DNA of 64,000 nt, taken from contig JAHYIS010000007.1 in NCBI GenBank assembly GCA_019429385.1, positions 5,909 to 69,908 of the forward strand, read 5' to 3'. A program made the translations under genes and the position numbers. Positions 29,450-40,152 of this stretch are shown here, piece after piece (position 1 is the first letter of the stretch; every line of letters begins with the position of its first letter). This stretch comes from ANME-2 cluster archaeon. Lineage in GTDB: Archaea; Halobacteriota; Methanosarcinia; Methanosarcinales; Methanocomedenaceae. The notes beneath the pieces are model-generated. The model was given only the letters and a program-made list of their open reading frames with translations. It ran no database searches and was not told the DNA's origin.

Positions 29450-30187
29450 TTAGTCCGACTCTATCCTGGGTGCAAGCAGGTAATTCACATCACCGCTACC
29501 ACCTGCGATCTTGAAATTGATCTTGACAGGGAAGTCTTTGCCCAGTTCAAGTGTGACCTCATTGGCCTTTCCGGCTGATTTTACCATATCTGACAGGTAG
29601 TCAAGAGAAAAAAGTGAGTGTGCAACCCCTGATTTCATACCGATAAGCTGGTCCTTTTGCATATCAAGGCGCATCCGGTCCGAATCACCTTCTGCTTCAA
29701 GGTAGAATATCTCACCGTCCACGCCCATACTTATATGGTCTGACACTTTTTCTGCAGCCTTGACGGCACGTTTCATGTCATTACCTGTTAATGTGATCGA
29801 AGCGGGAAGGTCCAGCTGGGGTATTTTTGGTTCCTTTCGTATGGATGAAGGGTCAAGAAGGGCGATTTTATAGGTCAGGCCGCTCATCCGTATCACCAGT
29901 TTATGGGACTCTTCTTCCAGTTCCAGTTCAACGGTCTCTGCCTTTTCTGCCATACCCATAATATCGTTGAGCCGGTTCAGGTCCACACCCAGTTCGCCGT
30001 CTGTGGCCGTGAATTGCTCAAAGGCACTGGATTTCATGGTCAGGGATACCATTGCCACATTGGCAGGGTCCACAGCCCGTATGGTCAGGCCATCCGGAGT
30101 CAGGTTTAGTTTAGCTTCATCAACAATACTTGAAACGGCTTCGATGGTTTCTTTGAGTTTTTCAGATTCTATAATTGCCTTGAACAT
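29450..30187 (-). CDS. pcn: DNA polymerase sliding clamp PCNA
   Basis: 245 aa. MFKAIIESEKLKETIEAVSSIVDEAKLNLTPDGLTIRAVDPANVAMV is a typical archaeal PCNA N-terminus. Confidence 0.93.
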   Translation of the reverse strand: MFKAIIESEKLKETIEAVSSIVDEAKLNLTPDGLTIRAVDPANVAMVSLTMKSSAFEQFTATDGELGVDLNRLNDIMGMAEKAETVELELEEESHKLVIRMSGLTYKIALLDPSSIRKEPKIPQLDLPASITLTGNDMKRAVKAAEKVSDHISMGVDGEIFYLEAEGDSDRMRLDMQKDQLIGMKSGVAHSLFSLDYLSDMVKSAGKANEVTLELGKDFPVKINFKIAGGSGDVNYLLAPRIESD

Positions 30188-30353
30188 GCACTGCCTCCGT
30201 CCCTGATAAGGGAAACATGTAGAATATATGGGTGCAGTATGTGGTTATGAGTTATAAAAATTTCTAATAAATCGGAATTACAGTCGCAATTTATTGCTCT
30301 GTGGATTCAGGAGGGCATCGATACAATCGAAACCCATAATAACAAACCGAAAC

Positions 30354-31409
30354 ATGATGAAAAGCATGAATAATGTGTTATGTCCCGTGTGCGGCCGTCC
30401 CAGCGAGCAACAAATCGATGGCAGATGCAAGGACTGTTTCCTTAGAACCATTACCCTGGCCAGCATTCCACAGGTGGTTCGTACAATTATCTGTCCTGTA
30501 TGTGCAGCTGTGAAAAAAGGTAAGCGTTGGGAAAAACGCGAGAGGGAAATTGAAGACCTGATACATGAGGGCATCGAACAGGCACTGAACATTGACCCTC
30601 AAGCCCATGATGTAAGCACGTCAATTACTCTTTCCAGCAGCAACCCTGCTATCTACCGGGCACATATCACGATCAAAGCCGACATGAAAGGTGTTCAAGC
30701 CCAATCGCAACTATATACTGAAGTCCGTATCTCAAAGGAGACCTGTGATGCCTGCAGCCGCATGGCTGGCGGGTACTACGAGGCAGTGATACAGATACGG
30801 GCAGAAGGACGTTTCCCTGATAAGGATGAGAAACAGCAGATGTTGGAACTGGTTGAGGAAATTGTTGACCGGCAGTACATGCGGGGAGACACGTTATCAT
30901 TTATCACCAATATCCAGGAACTGCCGGAAGGGACAGATGTATACCTGGGTTCCAATAATACTGCGCGCCAGGCAGTTCGCACAGCAGTGGAACGGTTCGG
31001 ATGCAGGTATTCAGAATCCCCTTCGTTGGCAGGGAAGAAAGACGGCAAGGACATCTACAGGATAACATACAGCCTCAGGCTGCCAAGGTTAGTACCTGGA
31101 GATATAATCAAGGTCGGCGAGAATATGGTACTGGTCAAGCGCAGTGGAAAAATGACTACCGGAATGTACCTGGAATCTGGGCTGGAGTTCTCTGAGCACA
31201 CTGACAGGTTGAAAGATGCACATAAAGTATCTGGTGTGAAGGAAGCGGGTAATGCTGTTGTGGTCTCGGTTGAACAGGATACGGTACAGGTAATGCATCC
31301 CTCCACGTTCAAACAGGTGACGATAAAAAAACCTGCGCATTTCACCGGTACGGGCGGTGAAGATGTCAGGGTCATTCCCATAGAGGACAGGATATTCATT
31401 TTGCCCTGA
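30354..31409 (+). CDS. NMD3-family (60S export/ribosome biogenesis-like) Zn-ribbon protein
   Basis: LCPVCGRP...GRCKDCF...ICPVCAAVKKGKRW...CDACSRMAGGYYEAVIQIRA are the hallmark NMD3 Cys clusters. Start ATG at 30354 or 30366. Confidence 0.8.
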   Translation: MMKSMNNVLCPVCGRPSEQQIDGRCKDCFLRTITLASIPQVVRTIICPVCAAVKKGKRWEKREREIEDLIHEGIEQALNIDPQAHDVSTSITLSSSNPAIYRAHITIKADMKGVQAQSQLYTEVRISKETCDACSRMAGGYYEAVIQIRAEGRFPDKDEKQQMLELVEEIVDRQYMRGDTLSFITNIQELPEGTDVYLGSNNTARQAVRTAVERFGCRYSESPSLAGKKDGKDIYRITYSLRLPRLVPGDIIKVGENMVLVKRSGKMTTGMYLESGLEFSEHTDRLKDAHKVSGVKEAGNAVVVSVEQDTVQVMHPSTFKQVTIKKPAHFTGTGGEDVRVIPIEDRIFILP

Positions 31410-31428
31410 TAACAAAATAGAGGGAACT

Positions 31429-32460
31429 ATGAAAGCATTAATGGTTCCAAAAGGACAGGGTGAAACCCTCAGGAAACAACTGCTCAAGGCCGGGTACATG
31501 GATACCATGCGCAAGTTAAAGGTACGGGGGTACGACCTGGAGATCCCTGTGACCGATACTATCCCGCCAGAATTTTCCCTATTCCCGTGCATACAACAGG
31601 AAGAACCTGAATATTATGAAAACGCATGCGCCCTTCAAGACCTGATGAAAATGTATCTGGGGGAGGATGAACTGAAACTGCTGCCAGGGGGATGGCAGAT
31701 ACTCGGTGATGTCGTTATTGTCGCATTGCACCCTGACCTGTATCCGGTCCGGTCTACGTTCGGTGATGTGCTGCTTACCATGTACCCCTATTGCAGGAGC
31801 GTGTACCTTAACAAAGGCATTGAAGGAGAATTACGGCTTCCAAACCGTGAACTTATATCCATGCGGGATGGGGTGGATGCTCCGGCGCTGGCAATCCATA
31901 CCGAGAACGGTTGCCGGTTCAAACTGGATGTCACGAAGGTCATGTTCTGCAAGGGTAACTTTAATGAAAGGACTCGGATGGGGAACCTTGGCAGGGGGGA
32001 AGTGGTGGTGGATATGTTTGCAGGCATCGGATATTTCACCATCCAGATGGCAGTGCATTCAAGGCCTGCGAGAATCATTGCCATTGAACTGAACCCTGAA
32101 TCATACCAGTTCCTTGTTGAGAATACCAGGCTGAACCATGTGGAAGACATTGTGGAACCGATACTGGGTGATTGTGCAAAAAAGACACCTGTATCAGTGG
32201 CAGACCGTGTGGTCATGGGTTATGCAGGAAATACGCACCATTACCTGCCACAGGCGATCAGGGCCCTGAAAAACGGTGGTGTTCTGCATTACCATGAGAT
32301 AGTGCCAGAAAAACTGATGCCTGACAGAAGCTTTGAACGCATCCATAACAAAGCACGTGAGCAGGGACGAAAGGCTGAGATACTTAACTGGCACAGGGTT
32401 AAGAAATATTCACCTGGTGTCTGGCATGTTGTGGTGGATGCCAGGATAGATGGGGGATAA
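31429..32460 (+). CDS. Class I SAM-dependent tRNA methyltransferase, Trm5/Taw2 (TYW2) family
   Basis: 343 aa. SAM motif VVDMFAGIGYFTIQMA and the NPxxY-like LNPESYQFL typical of Trm5/Tyw2. Confidence 0.8.
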   Translation: MKALMVPKGQGETLRKQLLKAGYMDTMRKLKVRGYDLEIPVTDTIPPEFSLFPCIQQEEPEYYENACALQDLMKMYLGEDELKLLPGGWQILGDVVIVALHPDLYPVRSTFGDVLLTMYPYCRSVYLNKGIEGELRLPNRELISMRDGVDAPALAIHTENGCRFKLDVTKVMFCKGNFNERTRMGNLGRGEVVVDMFAGIGYFTIQMAVHSRPARIIAIELNPESYQFLVENTRLNHVEDIVEPILGDCAKKTPVSVADRVVMGYAGNTHHYLPQAIRALKNGGVLHYHEIVPEKLMPDRSFERIHNKAREQGRKAEILNWHRVKKYSPGVWHVVVDARIDGG

Positions 32461-32518
32461 TAAAAGTGTGTATTCAGGGGTCATCGGTTTAAAGTAATAG
32501 ACTGCTGGATGTGGAGAT

Positions 32519-33811
32519 TCATTTCTTTTCCCACTTTTCCAGTTGCATGACTTTAGACAGGGTAGAACCTTTGATAATTTCATCTCTTATACGGCTCTCA
32601 TTTTTTTCCACTTCCAGGGCACGGCGGGCAAGTTCATAAGCGCGTTCCCGGGGTACTACCACCACGCCATTGTCATCGCCCACTATGTAGTCGCCGGGGC
32701 GCACGGTCTGGCCGCCACACTGTATTTCGGCATTTATCTCGCCAAAACCTTTTGGTTCACCGGCATTGGGTACAATTGCACGGGCGAAGATGGGAAACTC
32801 CAGTTTCCTGATATCATCCACATCACGTACCGCACCGTCGATGACCACTCCGGCAATACGGCGGTTCATGCAACTCAGGGTAGCCAGTTCACCCCAGGGG
32901 GCTATGCGTTCACTGCCGCCGTTATATATTACTATCACGTCACCCTCCCCGGCAACATCGATGGCCTCCACGGCTTTGGCCCAGTCCCCTTCGAAGGTCT
33001 GCACCGTAACAGCCGGTCCCACCATCTTCAAGCCAGGATGTATGGGGATGAGCCCGTGCATGGCACCTTTGCGGTGCATGGCATCGCTGATATTGGGAGT
33101 GGATACCCCCATTAAAAGCTGCCTGGTCTGTGCCACTAGATCATGTTTAATCACAGGGGATAAGGATGGCGAATCCATGCCATCACGTATCTTCTGTGCA
33201 GAGTTGGTCACATTGGATGTGCGGGTAATATTACCTCCCACGATCACAATATCGGCACCTTCCGCCACAGCCTGGCCGACAGACCCTGCATCCAGGCCGC
33301 CTGCCACTGCAATGGGAATGTGTATCCTGTCCCTCATTTCCCTGAGTACTTCAATGGGGTCCTGACCCATCATCTGCATATCTATGCCTACATGGATATT
33401 GATGATATCCACACCAAGTACTTCAAGTTCCATGGCCCGCTCTACCGGTTCTGCCACTGATATGAGGTCGCACATGAGCCTGACACCATACTTGTTTGCT
33501 GCTTTCCTGGCATCAGCTATAGTGGAATCGTCGGCACTGCCCAGCAAAATAACTATATCGGCACCTGATTTCGCTGCCATTTCCACCTCGAGTGCGCCGG
33601 TGTCCATGGTCTTCATGTCGGCCAGGATGGTATGGCCCGGAAAATTACTTTTCAATGCCCTGACCGCATACATGCCCTCGCTTTTGATGAGGGGTGTGCC
33701 GGCCTCTATCCAGTCCACACCGCCCTCTACGGCTTCGTAGGCTATCCGGATGGCACGGTCCAGTTCGAGCAGGTCAAGGGCTACCTGCAATATGGGGGCG
33801 GGATTGCTCAT
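32519..33811 (-). CDS. Fusion protein: 3-hexulose-6-phosphate synthase (HPS, OMPDC-fold) plus an RraA-like (RraA/DlpA aldolase-fold) domain
   Basis: The N-terminal half ([20 protein letters not shown]...[10 protein letters not shown]...ADMKTMDTG) is HPS-like. The C-terminal half (...[11 protein letters not shown]...[10 protein letters not shown]...WGELATLSC...[10 protein letters not shown]...) is RraA-like. Confidence 0.8.
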   Translation of the reverse strand: MSNPAPILQVALDLLELDRAIRIAYEAVEGGVDWIEAGTPLIKSEGMYAVRALKSNFPGHTILADMKTMDTGALEVEMAAKSGADIVILLGSADDSTIADARKAANKYGVRLMCDLISVAEPVERAMELEVLGVDIINIHVGIDMQMMGQDPIEVLREMRDRIHIPIAVAGGLDAGSVGQAVAEGADIVIVGGNITRTSNVTNSAQKIRDGMDSPSLSPVIKHDLVAQTRQLLMGVSTPNISDAMHRKGAMHGLIPIHPGLKMVGPAVTVQTFEGDWAKAVEAIDVAGEGDVIVIYNGGSERIAPWGELATLSCMNRRIAGVVIDGAVRDVDDIRKLEFPIFARAIVPNAGEPKGFGEINAEIQCGGQTVRPGDYIVGDDNGVVVVPRERAYELARRALEVEKNESRIRDEIIKGSTLSKVMQLEKWEKK

Positions 33812-33887
33812 AGATAGTAGATATTACTGATTAACCAAAACTCTATTTGTCACAGACCCTGTGGTGACAAACACTTATCAATATCAG

Positions 33888-34199
33888 TTATTTGTGCAGT
33901 ACTTTCTCAATGATGTCCCCGATTAGCACGCCAACGATGAACGTGATAGTTACTATTAACATCAATATGACGAACACGAACGAACCTGCCAGACCGGCAA
34001 TGAGTCCCCCTCCAATTCCCGCTGCAATGCCTTCTGTCAATCCGCCGACCACAAGAGCTATTATTCCCACAATAATACCCAATATTAGCCCAATCTTCAG
34101 TCCCTTGAACAGGATATGCAGGTAATCTTGAGCACCTTTGTTGGCAATACCGTACACTATCCCTATCAACAGAATTAACAAACTAAGAGTAAATTCCAT
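33888..34199 (-). CDS. Small Gly/Ile-rich integral membrane protein (103 aa)
   Basis: Three predicted hydrophobic helices. I recognise no family. Confidence 0.5.
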   Translation of the reverse strand: MEFTLSLLILLIGIVYGIANKGAQDYLHILFKGLKIGLILGIIVGIIALVVGGLTEGIAAGIGGGLIAGLAGSFVFVILMLIVTITFIVGVLIGDIIEKVLHK

Positions 34200-34328
34200 G
34201 GTATGCTCACCTCAATACTATCGTTCAATAATAATGTTCATAGTACTTTTCAATTATCGATCGATTATTGTTCAATTAACTTCCAATTACTATCGATACT
34301 ATTCTATTGACACCACTTATATATTCTA

Positions 34329-37300
34329 TCACTTCACATCGCGGTGGTAAGACTGGACCGACCTGACGCCGATACGTTTCTCTCTTGCAGCCCTGATACC
34401 TTTTGCTGCTGCAAGTGCGGCTGCAGTGGTGGTGTGGTAGGGGATGTTGTACTTGATAGCAGATTTTCGGATGTAGCTGTCATCATAGGCCCCCTCCTTG
34501 CCTACTGGAGTGTTCAGGACGAACTGTATCTCACCGTTGTGCATTGCATCGACAATATTTGGCCTGCCTTCATGCAATTTCTTGATACCCTCGCATTCAA
34601 TACCATTCTCCTTCAGGAAAGAAGCTGTACCATCTGTGGAAATTATCCTGAAACCCATGCTGGCCAGTTCCTTTGCAACAGGCAGAGCCCGTTTGTGGTC
34701 ACTGGATGCAACGGTTATCAGTGCAGTACCTTCCAGTGGCAACGAAGAACCGGCTGCAACCTGGGACTTGAAGAAAGCGATCTCAAAGGAATCCGCCATA
34801 CCCAGGACTTCACCCGTTGAGCGCATCTCAGGCCCGAGCACAGGGTCTACCTCAGGGAACATGTTGAAAGGGAACACGGTCTCTTTGACACCGAAGTGCG
34901 GATATGTACGCGGATGTGTATCAATATCTGCCAGTTTCTCACCCAGCATGACCCGGGTAGCAATTCGTGCCATAGATATTCCTGTGACCTTGGATACAAG
35001 AGGCACTGTCCTGGATGCCCGCGGGTTAGCTTCCAGGATGTAAACCTTGCCGTCCTTGATGGCATACTGGATGTTCATGAGCCCGATAACCTTTAATTCG
35101 GTTGCGATACGTCGCGTGTATTCCATGAGGGTGTCCATCTGTTCACCAGGTATCCCGACGGGAGGCAGCACACACGCGCTGTCACCTGAATGGATCCCTG
35201 CCTGTTCGATATGCTCCATGATGGAAGGGATGAAAACATCCGTGCCATCAGATATGGCATCCACTTCGCACTCCAGTGCATCTTCAAGGAACTTGTCAAT
35301 GAGCATAGGAGCCTCTGGTGTGATCTCAATTGCGCCGGCAACGTATTTTTTCAGCATCTCATCATCATAAACAATTTCCATACCACGGCCGCCAAGCACG
35401 TAGGAAGGACGGACAATAAGCGGGTAGCCGATACGATGTGCAACGTCCAGTGCCCCTTCCAGTGAAGTGGCAGTACCGGGTTCGGGCATGGGAATCTCAA
35501 GTTTCCGGATAATGCCTGCAAACTGCTCGCGGTCCTCTGCAAGGTCGATACTCTTTACTGATGTACCAAGTATTTTCACGCCCGATGCTTCGAGTTCCCT
35601 TGCAATGTTCAGGGGCGTCTGGCCACCAAACTGCACGATGGCACCGTCCGGTTTTTCTTTTTTATAGATGCTCAGGACATCCTCGACCGTAACCGGCTCA
35701 AAGTACAGTTTGTCCGAAGTATCGTAGTCTGTGGATACTGTTTCAGGATTGCAGTTGACCATAATGGACTCGTAGCCAAGGTCACGCAGGGTGAAGGCGG
35801 CGTGTACGCAGGTGTAATCGAATTCGATACCCTGCCCTATCCTGTTCGGACCACCGCCGATTATCATGATCTTCTTTCGGTCAGATACCGGCACTTCATC
35901 ACCTTCATTGTAGGTAGAGTAATAGTAAGCTGCATTCTCAGTACCGCTGACCGGTACGATGTTCCAGGACTGGTGCAATCCAAGGGATAGGCGTTGATTG
36001 CGAATCGCCTGCTCTGGTACGCTGAGGATCCGGCCCAGGTACTTATCTGAGAAACCATCCTTCTTGGCCTTGATGAGCAGGTCATCCGGCAGTTTGCCGC
36101 CTTTGTGTTCAAGCACCTCTTCTTCCCGTTCCACCAGTTCCTTCATCTGCTCTATGAACCAGGGTTTGATATGGGTCATCCTGACCAGCTCATCCACTGG
36201 CATTCCCTTTCGCAAAGCTTCGTACATGATGAACTGGCGCTCTGAAGAAGGCTCTACCAGACGTTTTCGTAACTCGTCAAGTGAAAGCTCGTGGAAGTTC
36301 CTGGCAAATCCCAGACCGTAACGCCCGATCTCAAGCGAGCGAATGGCTTTCTGGAACGCTTCCTTGTAGTTCTTGCCAATGCTCATAGCCTCGCCGACTG
36401 CGCGCATCTGGGTGCCCAGTTTATCTATCGAACCGGGGAATTTCTCAAATGCCCAGCGAGCGAACTTGATGACCACGTAATCGCCTGATGGCGTGTACTT
36501 TTCAAGCGTGCCGTCACGCCAGTAGGGGATATCCTCGAGCAACAGGCCGCCTGCCAGTTTTGCAGACACTAACGCGATAGGGAATCCGGTGGCTTTGGAG
36601 GCAAGTGCTGATGAGCGCGATGTGCGCGGGTTTATCTCAATGACGACCACGCGGTCAGTATTGGGGTCATGGGCGAACTGGACGTTGGTGCCCCCGATAA
36701 TACCGATGGCATCCACGATGCGGTAGGAATAATCCTGCAGGCGCGCCTGGAGCGTTTTGTCAATGGTAAGCATGGGTGCACTACAGAAGCTGTCGCCTGT
36801 GTGCACGCCCATGGCATCGATGTTCTCGATGAAACAGACCGTTATCTTGTTGCCTTTTGCGTCCCTTACGACCTCAAGTTCAAGCTCCTCCCACCCGAGT
36901 ACTGATTCTTCCACAAGTATCTGGCCGATGAGGCTGGCAGAAATACCCCTGGCGGCAATGGAACGTAACTCGTCCACGTTGTATGCAAACCCGCCACCGG
37001 TCCCGCCCATGGTGTAAGCGGGCCGGATGACCACAGGGTAGCCGATATCCTTTGCGATCCTCTCTGCTTCTTCAACACTGAACGTGGTCTCACTGCGCGC
37101 GGTCTCAACCCCGACGCTATCCATTGTTTCCTTGAAAGTGGTCCGGTCCTCGCCACGCTTTATGGCATCGATCTGCACTCCTATAATCTCTACGCCGTAT
37201 TTTTCCAGAATACCTTTCTCATGAAGTTCAGTAGACAGGTTAAGAGCTTTCTGGCCACCCAGGTTCGGCAACAGGGCGTCAGGCCGCTCTTTGTCGATGA

Positions 37301-37529
37301 TCTTTTCCAGGGTTTCGATGTTGAGCGGCTCGATGTAAGTTGTGTCTGCCATCTCGGGGTCGGTCATGATTGTGGCAGGATTGGAATTTACCAGAACAAT
37401 CTCAAACCCTAGCTGGCGCAGTGCTTTGCAGGCCTGTGTGCCGGAATAATCGAATTCAGCGGCCTGGCCGATAACGATGGGGCCTGATCCTATAATAAGT
37501 ACTTTGTGAATATCCTCTCGTTTGGGCAT
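34329..37529 (-). CDS. carB: Carbamoyl-phosphate synthase large subunit
   Basis: 1066 aa with duplicated ATP-grasp halves (KVLIIGSGPIVIGQAAEFDYSGTQA... and KIMIIGGGPNRIGQGIEFDY...) and an MGS-like C-terminus. Confidence 0.97.
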   Translation of the reverse strand: MPKREDIHKVLIIGSGPIVIGQAAEFDYSGTQACKALRQLGFEIVLVNSNPATIMTDPEMADTTYIEPLNIETLEKIIDKERPDALLPNLGGQKALNLSTELHEKGILEKYGVEIIGVQIDAIKRGEDRTTFKETMDSVGVETARSETTFSVEEAERIAKDIGYPVVIRPAYTMGGTGGGFAYNVDELRSIAARGISASLIGQILVEESVLGWEELELEVVRDAKGNKITVCFIENIDAMGVHTGDSFCSAPMLTIDKTLQARLQDYSYRIVDAIGIIGGTNVQFAHDPNTDRVVVIEINPRTSRSSALASKATGFPIALVSAKLAGGLLLEDIPYWRDGTLEKYTPSGDYVVIKFARWAFEKFPGSIDKLGTQMRAVGEAMSIGKNYKEAFQKAIRSLEIGRYGLGFARNFHELSLDELRKRLVEPSSERQFIMYEALRKGMPVDELVRMTHIKPWFIEQMKELVEREEEVLEHKGGKLPDDLLIKAKKDGFSDKYLGRILSVPEQAIRNQRLSLGLHQSWNIVPVSGTENAAYYYSTYNEGDEVPVSDRKKIMIIGGGPNRIGQGIEFDYTCVHAAFTLRDLGYESIMVNCNPETVSTDYDTSDKLYFEPVTVEDVLSIYKKEKPDGAIVQFGGQTPLNIARELEASGVKILGTSVKSIDLAEDREQFAGIIRKLEIPMPEPGTATSLEGALDVAHRIGYPLIVRPSYVLGGRGMEIVYDDEMLKKYVAGAIEITPEAPMLIDKFLEDALECEVDAISDGTDVFIPSIMEHIEQAGIHSGDSACVLPPVGIPGEQMDTLMEYTRRIATELKVIGLMNIQYAIKDGKVYILEANPRASRTVPLVSKVTGISMARIATRVMLGEKLADIDTHPRTYPHFGVKETVFPFNMFPEVDPVLGPEMRSTGEVLGMADSFEIAFFKSQVAAGSSLPLEGTALITVASSDHKRALPVAKELASMGFRIISTDGTASFLKENGIECEGIKKLHEGRPNIVDAMHNGEIQFVLNTPVGKEGAYDDSYIRKSAIKYNIPYHTTTAAALAAAKGIRAAREKRIGVRSVQSYHRDVK

Positions 37530-37674
37530 CTTCTCACCTTCTCTTGGATAGGTATTATGGCTTAATACTCTTTTGATGCGGAATTTTATTGGCCGATGAT
37601 GGGATAATAATCTGAGTATCTATTACTCTTTTTCGATTTGAGCAGTGACCATGGACTATCGACATAAAACATCC

Positions 37675-40101
37675 TTATAAAATCCCGCTGAAATAATGTC
37701 CTGTAGAGTATGTACTCCCACAATGCCCAATGGTTCCCTTATCAATAGCTTTTCGATAACTTTGCGTCACCTTTCCCGTCGTTTTTCCATCATACGTTTT
37801 TGCTTCTATCCTCAGGCAGCTGACACCTGCTTCAATTAATTCAGGGATATGACCTAACATGCATAATTCACGGGAGTTCATGACATAGCTGCGTTTTTGT
37901 TCATCAGTTCTTACAGGATAGGTAAAACCCTTTTCATCTTCCAGGATAGCCTCATGCACCCTATCGTCCGGGAACAATTCTCCCAACAGGTCATGTTCCA
38001 GAACCATTATCGGGAAAAAGCCATGTACAATACATTCAACCTGACCATAGGGCGCCATTTGTCTTATTTCATCCAGAGTAAGTTCAGGTGAAAGTGTCAC
38101 TCTCCTGCAGTACTCAAGATAATGTGTCATTGTCAGCCTGTTAAAGACATTGAAGGAATAGTCAATTACCAGGGATTTAACATTGGAATGGTGAAGACGA
38201 TAGAGGGCACCCGGGTTTGCTACGAGATATCCATCCGGGTTCCGATGATGTGAGAAATCATCTGAACGATTCAATTCATCTGACCGTTTCAATTCATCTG
38301 ACCGTTTCAATTCACTTAAATCATTCAATTTATCAAATGTATCCAGTTCGTCCATTTTTTTATCAATTCGTGGTATGCTGAGATACACGTCCACTCCTTT
38401 GAGCTTACCATACTCAATGGCTGTCCGGTAATGTTCTGGTGTGAGTTTGCTGCCGGAAAAATTCTCGCCACCGAAAAATACTACATCTGCACCACCGTCA
38501 ACAGCTGCTATAAAGGATTCCAGAGAACAGGTATTTACTGATAGCTGGGGTTTTGTCTTTGTCTGAATTTCCCTGGTATCAAGAATAATCTCTGGTTTGT
38601 TACACTTGCGTTTCCATTTTCTTGTAAGCTCATGTTCAAGCTTTGTTACAGCAGACCTGCGTAGAGTATTCAGCTGGGAAATGGGAATGAAAATATCATT
38701 GTCGAACTCGAACACAATATTTTCCGGCTCAAAGAATGTATTGCCAAGTTTCTTCAAATGCTGGATTATAGCATCTTCTGATAGGGGGGAACCAATCGCT
38801 TTTTCGGGAACATCTCCATTCTGGATGACCTGGTTCACCCCGTCTGTAATGCAAAGCGTCAACGGTTTACCACGTTTTGCCGTGAAGGACATATTGACAG
38901 GAATCTTTCTCCCTGTATCTTTCATTCTCAACGATTCCATGAGCCTGAAGTCATATGTCTTGAAAACCGTCTCATTACTGTAGACGAGCTTTTCCATGGG
39001 TATCTTGACGGTGGCACAGGCCGGAGTCGTCTCTACACTCTGGTTATTGATATACATGCTTCTGACAGTGGTTCCTGTGCCACGGCCCTGGGTGCCGATT
39101 CCATCACCTATCCTCAATGGCTGCTCAATATCTATATAGACAAATTTTCTGTCCCTGTCGTATTTGACCACGTTCCCGAGGTACGTTCCCTGGTTATGCG
39201 GCTGTTTCCTGCTCATCAGAGTACCGCCAGGATTCCCGAAAAAATACCCCTGTGTGAACCCGCGGTTAAAAAGCTGGAGCAATGTGTGCTGCTCATCATA
39301 CGATACCTGGAAATCCGCAGGATTTTCAAGATATCTCTCAATAAGACCCCGGTAGATCCGTACGACACCTGCCACGTATTCCGGTTGTTTCAACCTGCCC
39401 TCGATCTTGAATGAATCGATACCTGATTCTATCAGATTCCCGATCCTTTCGCTTATATTAAGGTCCCTGGGACTCAGAAGATGCCCTTTAGCTCCGTCAA
39501 TGGTGTATTTCCTCCGGCATGGCTGGGTACAGTATCCACGGTTCCCGCTTTTATCCCCTATCATGCTGCTGAACAAACACTGACCTGAATACGAGATGCA
39601 CAGCGCACCGTGAATGAAGACTTCAATCTCGGTGCTGGTCTGTGATCGTATCGCCCGTATCTCATCAAGGGAAAGCTCCCTGGCAAGTACCACGCGTTTT
39701 ACTCCCATGTCCTCAAGAAATTGTACTCCCTCTGAATTGTGGATGGTCATCTGTGTACTGGCATGGACAGGCAGTTGCACAAGCTGGTCCTTTAACAATT
39801 TCAGGATACCCATATCCTGCACTATGACCGCATCTGCACCGGCATTGCATAGGAATTGTACATATTCGCTTATCCGTTTGAATTCGGTATCCTTGACAAG
39901 GGTGTTGACTGTGACATAAGCTTTTGCTTTGTTGACATGGGTGTAATCAATAGCCCATTTGAGTTCTTCAAGCGTTAGACCGGCATCATGCCGTGCGCTA
40001 AAAGTCTCCCCGCCAAAATATACGGCATCGGCTCCATTACCAATTGCTGCGATAAGGGCATCTTTGCTCCCGGCCGGTGCCAATAGTTCGGGTTTGTGCA
40101 T
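37675..40101 (-). CDS. Double-domain peptidase U32 family protein
   Basis: The N-terminal half has the U32 signature EVFIHGALCISYSGQCLFS. A second U32-like TIM-barrel half follows (about aa 510-808) and is interrupted by SDELKR repeats. Confidence 0.85.
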   Translation of the reverse strand: MHKPELLAPAGSKDALIAAIGNGADAVYFGGETFSARHDAGLTLEELKWAIDYTHVNKAKAYVTVNTLVKDTEFKRISEYVQFLCNAGADAVIVQDMGILKLLKDQLVQLPVHASTQMTIHNSEGVQFLEDMGVKRVVLARELSLDEIRAIRSQTSTEIEVFIHGALCISYSGQCLFSSMIGDKSGNRGYCTQPCRRKYTIDGAKGHLLSPRDLNISERIGNLIESGIDSFKIEGRLKQPEYVAGVVRIYRGLIERYLENPADFQVSYDEQHTLLQLFNRGFTQGYFFGNPGGTLMSRKQPHNQGTYLGNVVKYDRDRKFVYIDIEQPLRIGDGIGTQGRGTGTTVRSMYINNQSVETTPACATVKIPMEKLVYSNETVFKTYDFRLMESLRMKDTGRKIPVNMSFTAKRGKPLTLCITDGVNQVIQNGDVPEKAIGSPLSEDAIIQHLKKLGNTFFEPENIVFEFDNDIFIPISQLNTLRRSAVTKLEHELTRKWKRKCNKPEIILDTREIQTKTKPQLSVNTCSLESFIAAVDGGADVVFFGGENFSGSKLTPEHYRTAIEYGKLKGVDVYLSIPRIDKKMDELDTFDKLNDLSELKRSDELKRSDELNRSDDFSHHRNPDGYLVANPGALYRLHHSNVKSLVIDYSFNVFNRLTMTHYLEYCRRVTLSPELTLDEIRQMAPYGQVECIVHGFFPIMVLEHDLLGELFPDDRVHEAILEDEKGFTYPVRTDEQKRSYVMNSRELCMLGHIPELIEAGVSCLRIEAKTYDGKTTGKVTQSYRKAIDKGTIGHCGSTYSTGHYFSGIL
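38259..38330. repeat. 18-bp tandem repeat of 4 units (the two middle units are identical), in frame within the U32 gene
   Basis: CATCTGAACGATTCAATT / CATCTGACCGTTTCAATT x2 / CACTTAAATCATTCAATT. It encodes ...LSELKRSDELKRSDELNRSDD... Confidence 0.9.
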
Positions 40102-40152
40102 GAGGGCTTATAATAATGTGGAGCGTTAAATAGGTGATGGGATATGACCATA

